Shown here piece by piece: positions 48,327 to 57,062 of a DNA stretch of 64,000 nt. Numbering within the stretch: the first letter of the stretch is position 1; every line of letters starts with the position of its first letter. This DNA comes from Candidatus Hydrogenedentota bacterium. Lineage in GTDB: Bacteria; Hydrogenedentota; Hydrogenedentia; Hydrogenedentales; JAEUWI01. A program made the position numbers and the translations under genes. Under the pieces are notes generated by a model that did no database searches, had not been told where the DNA came from, and was given only the letters and a program-made list of their open reading frames with translations. Location of the stretch: NCBI GenBank assembly GCA_034669905.1, contig JAXMOL010000017.1, positions 72,766-136,765 on the forward strand. The letters are read 5' to 3'.

Positions 48327-49247
48327 CTATTTCTTCAGCTTATCCCGGCGGGCCTTCAGTTCTTTCATGGTCGTCAGAATTACACCGGACTCTTCGATAG
48401 CCTTCTTGGTCCGTGGGTCAATCATGGCGTAGTAGTCGCCATAGAGAAAATCGCGGTTGCCATTAATTTTACCGATGACGTCATTGGGCTTGGTGCAGTG
48501 GATGATCATGTAGGTGATGCCGGGCTTCAGGTTCTTGATGGCATCCACGTAGAGGGCGACTTTTTCGTCGATGTCGGTAGTCTTCCAATCGTAGCTGTCT
48601 CCGTGCACGTGGTCCAGGACGGGCAAGCCCCCCTCCCAGACTTTCTCCGCCAGGGGACCAACGCGGGGCACCATGAGGATGGGTATCTGTTTCTCGATAC
48701 CCACTTTGACGTAGCGTTCGATAAACTCGGGACGAAAGAGGGTGCCCATGTGGGAGTCCATATGGGTGATGGGCAAGCCCATGGTCTCGGCCCGATCAAT
48801 CTGAGCACGAATCTCCATCTCCACTTCGTCGGGCGTAGCATTCTCTACCACGAGTCCCACGTTGTCCGGAAGGCAGCCGTGCTCGTCAGCGAGCCCCGGA
48901 ACCTGATTCTTTCCGGCCAGGGGGACCCAGCGATAGTGGTCGTATTCCGACGTGAGGGTCAGGTGGAGGCCCATGTCGGTATCGGGGTTGGCCTTCATGT
49001 AGGGAATCCAGCCCGGCACCCAGGGACAGGGCATCATGACGCTGACCGAGGTTACCAGCCCATACTCCAGCGCCTCCTTCGCCCCCTCGTTGTTGGCGAG
49101 GGACATGCCCACATCGTCGCAGTGGATGATTAAAATGCGGTCGTCGGCTTTCCAACCGAGCCGCTCGCCGTAGGTGGGCTCCGCGAGGGCGGAAAGGGGG
49201 ACGCTGAAAAGCAGCACTGCGAGAAGAAGACGGGTGAAGGGGCGCAT
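48327..49247 (-). CDS. Exported YdjC/ChbG-like carbohydrate deacetylase family protein
   Basis: Signal peptide, IIHCDDVG, GLHLTL, THMDSHM. Confidence 0.88.
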   Translation of the reverse strand: MRPFTRLLLAVLLFSVPLSALAEPTYGERLGWKADDRILIIHCDDVGMSLANNEGAKEALEYGLVTSVSVMMPCPWVPGWIPYMKANPDTDMGLHLTLTSEYDHYRWVPLAGKNQVPGLADEHGCLPDNVGLVVENATPDEVEMEIRAQIDRAETMGLPITHMDSHMGTLFRPEFIERYVKVGIEKQIPILMVPRVGPLAEKVWEGGLPVLDHVHGDSYDWKTTDIDEKVALYVDAIKNLKPGITYMIIHCTKPNDVIGKINGNRDFLYGDYYAMIDPRTKKAIEESGVILTTMKELKARRDKLKK

Positions 49248-49359
49248 GGCGTGATTCCTGTCGGTTGGGCGCGGTGTGCGCATGGCCTGATACTACGGCG
49301 CAAGGGTATTGGTTGTCCACCTTAGACTCCCTACCGAAGGTTCCGGTTTTTGACCGGGT

Positions 49360-50223
49360 TTAGTGTCCTTCCGCACGGGTGCCCAGCGACGCGATGCCCT
49401 CCCAGATGGTATCTTGCGCGGTCCAGGGGAGGAAATGGTTCCGCCCTTCCAGTACGACGATATCGTGTACGACGTCCGCACGAAAATGGGCCTTCATGAA
49501 GTCCACATTTTCAAAGGGCACGAGTCGATCTTCGGTGCCATGGATGATAGTGATTGGGCAGGAGATGTCCGTCAGTCGGGGTGCGAGACGCTCGAGGCCA
49601 TGACGCAGGGGGATGAGCTCGCGGTTCGAATTACGAAGGGGCCGGGGCACTAGCTTCCGGATACCGGGCAAATCGCCCAGGTACTGCATGGTGTAGACGA
49701 CCTCCACACTGGGAGACAGGGACCCCGCCACCAGCACGATGGCACCTACAAGATCCGGATAATCGGCGGCGGCCTGGGCCACGATAGGGGCGCCCAGGGA
49801 GTGGCCCACGAGTATGGGACGACGTCCCCGAAGTGTCTCAAGGAGGGGGCGCAATGCCTGGGCCTGGTCCGCAATATCGGGGAGGCCATTGGCAGGGGTA
49901 CTCTCTCCGAATCCCGGGCGGTCGACGGCAATGGCCCGATAGCCCGGGCGCGGCTGTTGCAGGAACCAGGCCCAGTTGTCGGCGGCGCCGGGTGTTCCGT
50001 GGACGAAGACGACCGGCTGGCCACCCAACTCGCCCTGCTGGAAGGTCATGAGGGTCTGGCCTTCGTGGGTGATGGGTACGGCCCATTCCCGAGGGAGCTG
50101 GGAGGTCTCCATCCCGAGGGCCATATAGCGTATCGCGCCATAGGCCAGGAGGGTGAGGGCAAGGAGGACGCCGCCGAAAACTTTCGCGCGTGACCGGTGC
50201 GGCGGGCGTATCTGGTTGTTCAC
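49360..50223 (-). CDS. Membrane-anchored alpha/beta hydrolase
   Basis: FVHGTPG, DRPGFG, GHSLG, HGTED, NHF. GTG start with a GGAGG RBS. Confidence 0.9.
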   Translation of the reverse strand: MNNQIRPPHRSRAKVFGGVLLALTLLAYGAIRYMALGMETSQLPREWAVPITHEGQTLMTFQQGELGGQPVVFVHGTPGAADNWAWFLQQPRPGYRAIAVDRPGFGESTPANGLPDIADQAQALRPLLETLRGRRPILVGHSLGAPIVAQAAADYPDLVGAIVLVAGSLSPSVEVVYTMQYLGDLPGIRKLVPRPLRNSNRELIPLRHGLERLAPRLTDISCPITIIHGTEDRLVPFENVDFMKAHFRADVVHDIVVLEGRNHFLPWTAQDTIWEGIASLGTRAEGH

Positions 50224-50418
50224 GAGGGCCTCCGGAGGGTGTCGTGTGTACATGTTGGTTCGCGCAAGACAGGTGGTGACAGCGTAGCGTTGTCCCCCAG
50301 CCAAAAACAATCTCACAAGCTCCGGCGAGCTCCCTGGAGAACGCAACGACACGACATGACAGGCGAGACGCCTATCCCATGTTAGACTGTGATATAGGAG
50401 CCGACGGTAATGACTTTG

Positions 50419-52233
50419 TTACGCTTCCGGTTTGGGCTGGGGCGGGAGCAAGCCCAGGTTCGCCATGAGCTGGAGGGCATTGCTGTGGTCGACCACGCCT
50501 TCGCGCATGGTGTAGTCGAAGCGGAGTTCGCCGCCGTCGAGGGTATCGGAGAAATGCACGTTGCGCGCTTCGGCCCCCATGGCCACTGCCGCCCGGGTAA
50601 GGGCGAGGTCGTGGGTGGTTACAAAGCCCACAGCACCCCGCTCTACAAAAGATTTTACCAGGGCTTCTGCCCCAATCTGCCGATCGTGGGAGTTGGTACC
50701 ATGGAGGATTTCGTCCAGGAGAAACAACACGGGCTCCTCCCCTTCAATGGCATCAGAGACGGATTTGAGACGGCGCAGTTCGGCGTAGAAACGGGAGATG
50801 CCCCCCTGGATGGAGTCCTGCACGCGCAGCGTGGCGCCTATACGGAAAGGCGTGAGCCGGAGCGCCGTGGCACAAACCGGCGCGCCCAGCTGGGCCAACA
50901 CGACGTTGATGCCGACGGTGCGCAGATAGGTACTCTTGCCCGACATGTTGGAGCCGCTGACGATGGTCAACTTCAGCCCGTCGCCCAGCCGCACGTCGTT
51001 GGCGACACAGGCACCCGGCTTGAGCAGGGGGTGTGACAACGCAGTACCAACGAGGGTTGAGGGGCCTTCGGCAATTTCGGGATAGGGATAATGGGGATGT
51101 TCATAGGCGAATCCCGCGATGGACAGGAGCGCTTCGAATTCCCCCACCGCCTCCAGCCATTGGGGCACATGGCGTCCCCACTGCAGCCGCCACGCTTCGA
51201 TGGCGTACGCGAGGTGGACGCCCCACATCAGATAAATAGCCACGGGGGCGAAGAGCTGGTTGAGGTGGAGATCAAAAAGAAAAACCAGGCGCTCCAGCTG
51301 TTTGATGCGCTCGGACACGGGTTGTTGCGCCTCGGTCAGACGGGCCTGGATATCTTGAAGCATGGGGTCGGTAAACTGCTCTTCCTCCAGCCGCTCCAGC
51401 AAGAGGGCCAGGACGCGCAATTCCCGGGTGGGCTCCTCCACGGCCTGGACCACGCGAAGTACCGGTGCGGCGACCGTGCGCAGCAACACGAGCTGTACTA
51501 CGAAAAAGAGTACGGCGAAGAGATAAAAGCCCGTGATGAGCCCGAAGAGCACGGAGGCTACCGCGAAGCCGGTCAGGATGAGAAACAGGGTGCGACGACT
51601 GTTCTGGGGAAAGGCGGCCGGTTTCACGGCCCACTCGGCGAGAGATTGCCCTTTCACCGAACGGCGCACGGCGGTGGCCAGTCCCCCGAGGTCTTCCCGG
51701 AGGGAGATGCGGTCGGACAATTCCCGGATGGCTCCCTGGCGGGCAATGATGGCTTCGCGGGCCTGGGGTTTCTGGAGCCACTGGGCCACGTTGCTTTCTC
51801 CGGCCACGGTGTGGGCCTGGCAGATGAGTTCGAAGAGGGATGCCTCGCCGAAAAGATCCAAATCGAGGGCATAGCCGTGCTCTTCTTCCATATAGGCGAG
51901 GCTTTGATTGCCGTCGCCGGGCCAATCGCCCGAAATCCGGCGGAGTCCCTTTTCATAGTGGGTGATGGCGGCATCCACCCGTGCACGGGCCCGCGCGGTA
52001 CGCTCATGACCTACGACGAGGGCCACGAATCCGGCCAGCGGCAGGAGCAGCCACCACCAGGACAGGCTGTCGGTCCACCAGGCTCCGGCTCCGAGGAGCA
52101 GGGCGAGTGTAAAAACGGCCAGACGGGCGTTGGCAATCACGTCAAAGCGTTGTTCAAATCGGGCGCTGTCGGCGCGTAACTCCGCCAGGCGACGGGTATA
52201 GACCGCGGCAGGATCGTGGGTTGGATGGGTCAT
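50419..52233 (-). CDS. Membrane-associated MutS-related ATPase (MutS domain V)
   Basis: TM helices, DLDLFG, SGSNMSGKSTYLR, SRFYAELRRL, LLDEILHGTNS, TTHDL. AGGAG RBS. Confidence 0.9.
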   Translation of the reverse strand: MTHPTHDPAAVYTRRLAELRADSARFEQRFDVIANARLAVFTLALLLGAGAWWTDSLSWWWLLLPLAGFVALVVGHERTARARARVDAAITHYEKGLRRISGDWPGDGNQSLAYMEEEHGYALDLDLFGEASLFELICQAHTVAGESNVAQWLQKPQAREAIIARQGAIRELSDRISLREDLGGLATAVRRSVKGQSLAEWAVKPAAFPQNSRRTLFLILTGFAVASVLFGLITGFYLFAVLFFVVQLVLLRTVAAPVLRVVQAVEEPTRELRVLALLLERLEEEQFTDPMLQDIQARLTEAQQPVSERIKQLERLVFLFDLHLNQLFAPVAIYLMWGVHLAYAIEAWRLQWGRHVPQWLEAVGEFEALLSIAGFAYEHPHYPYPEIAEGPSTLVGTALSHPLLKPGACVANDVRLGDGLKLTIVSGSNMSGKSTYLRTVGINVVLAQLGAPVCATALRLTPFRIGATLRVQDSIQGGISRFYAELRRLKSVSDAIEGEEPVLFLLDEILHGTNSHDRQIGAEALVKSFVERGAVGFVTTHDLALTRAAVAMGAEARNVHFSDTLDGGELRFDYTMREGVVDHSNALQLMANLGLLPPQPKPEA

Positions 52234-52472
52234 GGAAACTCCTGTGGGGCTGGACCGGGGAATTGTACTACGAAACGGGGCTCCCCCGCCCGGGCGGCCC
52301 ATAGTGGCCCACGGGAAGGCCGGAACGCAACCCCGTTCGGTTGCATCCCCGCGCCCCCCTTGCGTATGCTGCCTCCGGTACCTGCCAGGGCCATTTCGCG
52401 CCCGGCGGAGTCTGCGGAGGAGCGGCGTCACCGTCGCGAAGCGCGCCCCTGGGGCGCAACGATGATTGCTGC

Positions 52473-53429
52473 ATGGAAGAACCGTCCCCCATCCTATCGG
52501 TGGTGTTGCCCGCCTACAATGAGGCCGAGAACGTGGCCCCGGTTACCCAGCGCCTTTGCGAGGCGATGGAAGCCCTCGCACGCCCCTTTGAAATCCTGTG
52601 GGTCAATGACGGGAGCACGGACGACACCCCCGACATCCTGGAGCAATTGTGTGCGGACGACGGCCGGATTCGCGCGCTCCATTTTTCCCGCAATTTCGGC
52701 CACATGGCGGCCCTCTGCGCGGGATTGGAAGCGGCACGGGCCACGGGGGCAGTCATCACGATGGATGCCGATGGGCAACACCCCCCCGAGCTCATCGCGG
52801 AGTTGGTGGCCCGGTGGGACGACGGCGCGGACATCGTGCAGACCCTCCGCGACCCGGCGACGCAGGAAGGCCTATTAAAACAGCAGACATCGAAAGGCTT
52901 CTACCGCGTTTTGAGCCTCCTGGCCGATATCGAGTTACCGGCCGGTGCGGCCGACTTTCGGCTCATGGACCGGCAGGCCGTGGATGCCTTGAACGCCCTC
53001 CCCGAACGCGTGCGTTTTGTGCGGGGACTGGTCCAATGGGTGGGCTTTGAGTGTGCGTATGTGCATTATGCCTCGGCCCCCCGACTGGCGGGCACGACGA
53101 AGTACAACTACTGGAAAATGATCAGCTTCGCCCTCAGCGGCATCACGTCTTTTTCGGTGCGGCCCTTGCGCCTCTCCTTTCTCATGGGGCTCATCGTCAT
53201 CGCCCTGGCGGTCTGTTACAGCCTTTTTGTGGTCTGGGCAAAGTACGCGGGCCTGGCGTTGACCCCTGGATGGGCCAGCATCCTCCTGGTGGTCATGCTT
53301 CTGGGTGGTGCCCAACTCTTTGCCATCGGCATTGCGAGCGAATACCTGGCCCGCACCTACATGGAACAAAAACAGCGGCCCGTCTATATCTTGAAGAAGC
53401 CCCGACCGACGGAAAGGGCTGACTCATGA
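52473..53429 (+). CDS. GtrB/CsbB-like GT2 polyprenyl-phosphate glycosyltransferase
   Basis: PAYNE, NDGSTD, FSRNFGH, MDADGQHPPE, DFRLMDR, two C-terminal TM helices, EYLAR...RPVY. Confidence 0.92.
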   Translation: MEEPSPILSVVLPAYNEAENVAPVTQRLCEAMEALARPFEILWVNDGSTDDTPDILEQLCADDGRIRALHFSRNFGHMAALCAGLEAARATGAVITMDADGQHPPELIAELVARWDDGADIVQTLRDPATQEGLLKQQTSKGFYRVLSLLADIELPAGAADFRLMDRQAVDALNALPERVRFVRGLVQWVGFECAYVHYASAPRLAGTTKYNYWKMISFALSGITSFSVRPLRLSFLMGLIVIALAVCYSLFVVWAKYAGLALTPGWASILLVVMLLGGAQLFAIGIASEYLARTYMEQKQRPVYILKKPRPTERADS

Positions 53430-54283
53430 GCTCCGGATGCATTTGCTGTGGTTCCGAAGACGCCGTCTCCCACCTCCGTGGCCTGGTGCGCTGCCCCCAG
53501 TGCACCCACGTATGGGCCGATCTCGCCCTCACGAATGAAGAACTTCAGGCCCTCTACTCCGAGAACTATTTCCTCGGCGAAGAGTATCTCGACTACGAGA
53601 AGGAAAAGCCCGCCCTGGAGCGCAACTTTTCCTTGCGTCTGCAGGAGCTGTTGCTCCGCGTTTCGGCCGGGGGGCAACTCTGGGAAATCGGCTCGGCCTA
53701 TGGGCATTTCCTCCAGCAGGCGGGCAAGCATTTTAAGACGGCGGGCTGTGACATTTCCGAGCACGCGGTGGACCACGCCCGCAACGACTTGGGCCAGGAT
53801 GTCCAGTGTGGCGATTTCCTCCAACTCGATGCCCCCATGGAGCAGGATGTGGTCTGTCTCTGGGACACCATCGAGCACCTCTCCGAGCCGGCTGCCTATC
53901 TGGAGAAGGCCGCCACGCAGCTGAAACCCGGTGGGGTGGTGGCCCTGAGCACGGGGGACATCGGCGCCTTCATCGCGCGCCTCCGGGGCGAAAAATGGCG
54001 TCTCATCCATCCTCCGACACACCTGCACTACTTCACGGCTGCGTCTGTTCGCACCTTGCTGAGTCGACTCGGCTTTGTCGATATTGAAATCCACTACCAC
54101 GCCTTCTGGCGCAGTGCCGATGCGGTGGCCTACCGGCTTCTGGGCTATCCGGAATCCCGATGGACGGCCCCCCTGTATCGATTTCTGGCGCGTTGCGGCC
54201 TGCTGAATTTCTCGTTCCCCATGAACACCTATGACCTCATGACGGTCTATGCGCGCAAAGGCGACGCACCGGACCCAACCTGA
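53426..54283 (+). CDS. Class I SAM-dependent methyltransferase with an N-terminal zinc ribbon
   Basis: CICC...CPQC, EIGSAYG, WDTIEHL, LKPGG, HLHYF. Confidence 0.9.
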   Translation: MSSGCICCGSEDAVSHLRGLVRCPQCTHVWADLALTNEELQALYSENYFLGEEYLDYEKEKPALERNFSLRLQELLLRVSAGGQLWEIGSAYGHFLQQAGKHFKTAGCDISEHAVDHARNDLGQDVQCGDFLQLDAPMEQDVVCLWDTIEHLSEPAAYLEKAATQLKPGGVVALSTGDIGAFIARLRGEKWRLIHPPTHLHYFTAASVRTLLSRLGFVDIEIHYHAFWRSADAVAYRLLGYPESRWTAPLYRFLARCGLLNFSFPMNTYDLMTVYARKGDAPDPT

Positions 54284-54294
54284 AACCGATTTTC

Positions 54295-56955
54295 ATGACC
54301 TTATCTCCACCAAACAAGTCCCGGCTGCGCGAGTGCGCATTGGCCTTCCTCGCCCTGCTGGTCATTGCGGGGGCGCTGGCCACCACCTTTTCCCACGTGT
54401 TGCAGGCGGGTCCGGATGACATCTCCGGGCGTTACGACGTCTACCGCTATTACGGCCCCATTACTTTTTACCTCGACTACTGCGTGCGTCAGGGCGAACT
54501 GCCGCTTTGGAATCCCCTGGTCTATTGTGGACTCCCGAATGCCGCCAACCCCCAGGCCTTTGTCTTCTATCCCCTGAACCTGCTACGCAGTCTCCTCCTC
54601 TCCGAGATCAGTCCCCAGTCCACCCTCCGCAGCCTCATCGGGTTCATGGGGCTTCACCTGCTCTTTATGGGTTTCTGCACCTATCTGTTGGGCCGGGCCC
54701 ACAAACTGAGTTTTCCCGCCGCCCTCGTGGCGGCCCTGGCCTGGGTGTGCAGTGCCCTGATTGTCCGGCGGGCCGGTGAGTTTCACTTCCTCTACACCAT
54801 CGCCTGGCTGCCCCTGATTCTGCTTTTCGTAAAGGCCGCCATCGACGCACCAACGGGACGCAAACGGCTCATGCACTGCACGGCAGCCGGTATCTTCCTG
54901 GGCATCAGTATCCTCGGCGGCTTCTTGCAAATTGTGAGCTACCTCGGGGTCTGCATCGGGCTCTATGCGCTGGTCTATCGGGTCCTCGCACCCAACGCGA
55001 CGGCAGAAGCAGCCGCCAGCCCGGGCATACGGGGCTTCTCGCGCGAAGTGCTGGCCTTCGGCGCGATATTCCTCTTCGCGGTGGTGATTGGTATGGCCCT
55101 TCTGTTACCGGTCGCCGAACTGACCGGATTCTCCGCGCGACAGAAGGGTATGCCCGTGCCCATGTATTCCGACATGATGAAGTGGGACGTGACCCGCCTC
55201 TACCAGAGTCTCGTGGTCTTTGCGGGCATGAAATACGAAGCGGAGACCCTCCGTGGTGCCGGGATTATTGTGTTTCTCCTCGCTATCGCCGGGTGTTTCC
55301 ACAAGAACCGTCGCTTGGTCGGGCTTTTTGCGCTCTTAACGTATGCGCTGGTCGATTGCGGCTTCGGCCCGCCCTTCCCCATCGCGTCGCTGGTCAATAC
55401 CCTCACCCCCTTCTCGGCATCGGCTTACTCCCGGGGTTTTGATTTCGCCCTCTTACCCCTGGGCCTCCTGGCGGGACTCGGCGTGGATGCCCTCTGGCAC
55501 GGACGGGGCTCACGACCCGCCCAGATTCTTATGTCCCTCCTGCTCCTCTACGGTGCGGCAGGCCTCATTATTCCGTTGGTTCAGTGGACGTCGCCCCACC
55601 CATTTCTTCCCGTGACGAAAGCCGTGTACCTCGTCCCGGCAGTGGCGGTGTTGGCCATGCTCGCGATCGGCTGGACACCCCGCTATTGGCAACGGTCCGG
55701 CATGGTGTTGTTGCTCCTGTTCCCGGCCCTGCTCTTTGCGGAGACGTGGTCCTGGAACCGTCATTATGTGCCGTGGATGATCAAGAAGGAATTTCGGGAC
55801 GCCCAACCCATCAAGCAGGCGGACCATGCGTTTCCCACAACCAACCGCCGCACCACAGATCCTATCGCCAACCGGGGTTTGTATTCTCTCACCCCCGTAA
55901 TGAATGGCGTGGACCCCCTGCACTTCGCCGATGTGCGCAACTTTTTGAGCGGGACCCCCCGGGACAAGCGTTCCCATCGCCTGGTGACGGATTGGGAACC
56001 GACGGCAGAGAATCATCGGGGCAATCTGCTGCTGAAACGTTATTTCTGGCTTTCCCGCTATGCGGTAGAGGGCCCCCTGCCCGACAAACAGACGCCGTTC
56101 CCCGCCACCACCACGACCTATCTGAGTGAAGGCAGTACCATCGAATTCCCCATGCCTCCCCGGGCGGGGGACTTTGCGAGCGTCTCGGAACAAGCCACCC
56201 GGGTGGAAATCCCCGGCATGGACGCCCTGCTCGCCCGGCAACGCTCCGGCAATCAGCGGCAGGTGCGATTTGATGTGGAACTACCTTCTGAGCTGGACGG
56301 TGTCCGGGCTGGGTCTGCGGGTGTACTGGCCTCGACGCTTGTGATCGAATATCGCAGTACGATCTCTGCCCAGGTGGACACCCGGTTTACCGACCCCACC
56401 ACAGGGCTGCGCCATTGGGGCAAACGATACCGGGTGGACAACTCTCGGAACGTGATGAAGCGCCTGGAAGTGCCCATGCCCGACCTGGCACGCTCCCGGG
56501 CAGAAATTTCCATCAAGGCCAAGGGCGCGGGAAACGTTTATCTGGATGCCGTCTATTTGATGGTGGACAAAGCTGACGAAGACGGGCTTATCACCATTAA
56601 GTCTTTTAGCGCCAACACCGTCGAGTTGGAAGTCGGCCCCCTTCCCGGCCCACGCTTGCTGACCTTTCTGGATGCCTGGTATCCCGGTTGGCATGCCTAT
56701 GTAGATGGCCAGGAAGTGTTTGTTCTCCAGGCCGATGATGTCTTTAAGGCCATCCCGGTTCCCGAAGGCAGCCACACCGTGCGCTTTGAATTCCGCCCCC
56801 GCACCGTCACCCTCGGCATCGCCGCAACCATCCTTGGATTTCTGTTGGCCCTCGGGCTGATTGCGTGGTTGGTCTTCAAAGGGGAGCGTCCGCCTGTCGT
56901 GGCACTGGAAGAGGCCCCGGTCACCCCCACCGCTTTCGAGCGGGATTCGGAGTAG
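54295..56955 (+). CDS. YfhO-family polytopic membrane protein (GT-C-like)
   Basis: GELPLWNPLVYCGLP...FYP, many TM helices, C-terminal WYPGWHAYVDG...GSHTVRFEFRP. Confidence 0.88.
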   Translation: MTLSPPNKSRLRECALAFLALLVIAGALATTFSHVLQAGPDDISGRYDVYRYYGPITFYLDYCVRQGELPLWNPLVYCGLPNAANPQAFVFYPLNLLRSLLLSEISPQSTLRSLIGFMGLHLLFMGFCTYLLGRAHKLSFPAALVAALAWVCSALIVRRAGEFHFLYTIAWLPLILLFVKAAIDAPTGRKRLMHCTAAGIFLGISILGGFLQIVSYLGVCIGLYALVYRVLAPNATAEAAASPGIRGFSREVLAFGAIFLFAVVIGMALLLPVAELTGFSARQKGMPVPMYSDMMKWDVTRLYQSLVVFAGMKYEAETLRGAGIIVFLLAIAGCFHKNRRLVGLFALLTYALVDCGFGPPFPIASLVNTLTPFSASAYSRGFDFALLPLGLLAGLGVDALWHGRGSRPAQILMSLLLLYGAAGLIIPLVQWTSPHPFLPVTKAVYLVPAVAVLAMLAIGWTPRYWQRSGMVLLLLFPALLFAETWSWNRHYVPWMIKKEFRDAQPIKQADHAFPTTNRRTTDPIANRGLYSLTPVMNGVDPLHFADVRNFLSGTPRDKRSHRLVTDWEPTAENHRGNLLLKRYFWLSRYAVEGPLPDKQTPFPATTTTYLSEGSTIEFPMPPRAGDFASVSEQATRVEIPGMDALLARQRSGNQRQVRFDVELPSELDGVRAGSAGVLASTLVIEYRSTISAQVDTRFTDPTTGLRHWGKRYRVDNSRNVMKRLEVPMPDLARSRAEISIKAKGAGNVYLDAVYLMVDKADEDGLITIKSFSANTVELEVGPLPGPRLLTFLDAWYPGWHAYVDGQEVFVLQADDVFKAIPVPEGSHTVRFEFRPRTVTLGIAATILGFLLALGLIAWLVFKGERPPVVALEEAPVTPTAFERDSE

Positions 56956-57062
56956 GCGACGGGTTTCCGACGGGTGGGCATCGTGGGGTATCATGGGGAC
57001 CACCGTACATTTTCGCGCCCATCGTGGCCCATCAACCCGAATTCAGGACCCTGTACTTCATC

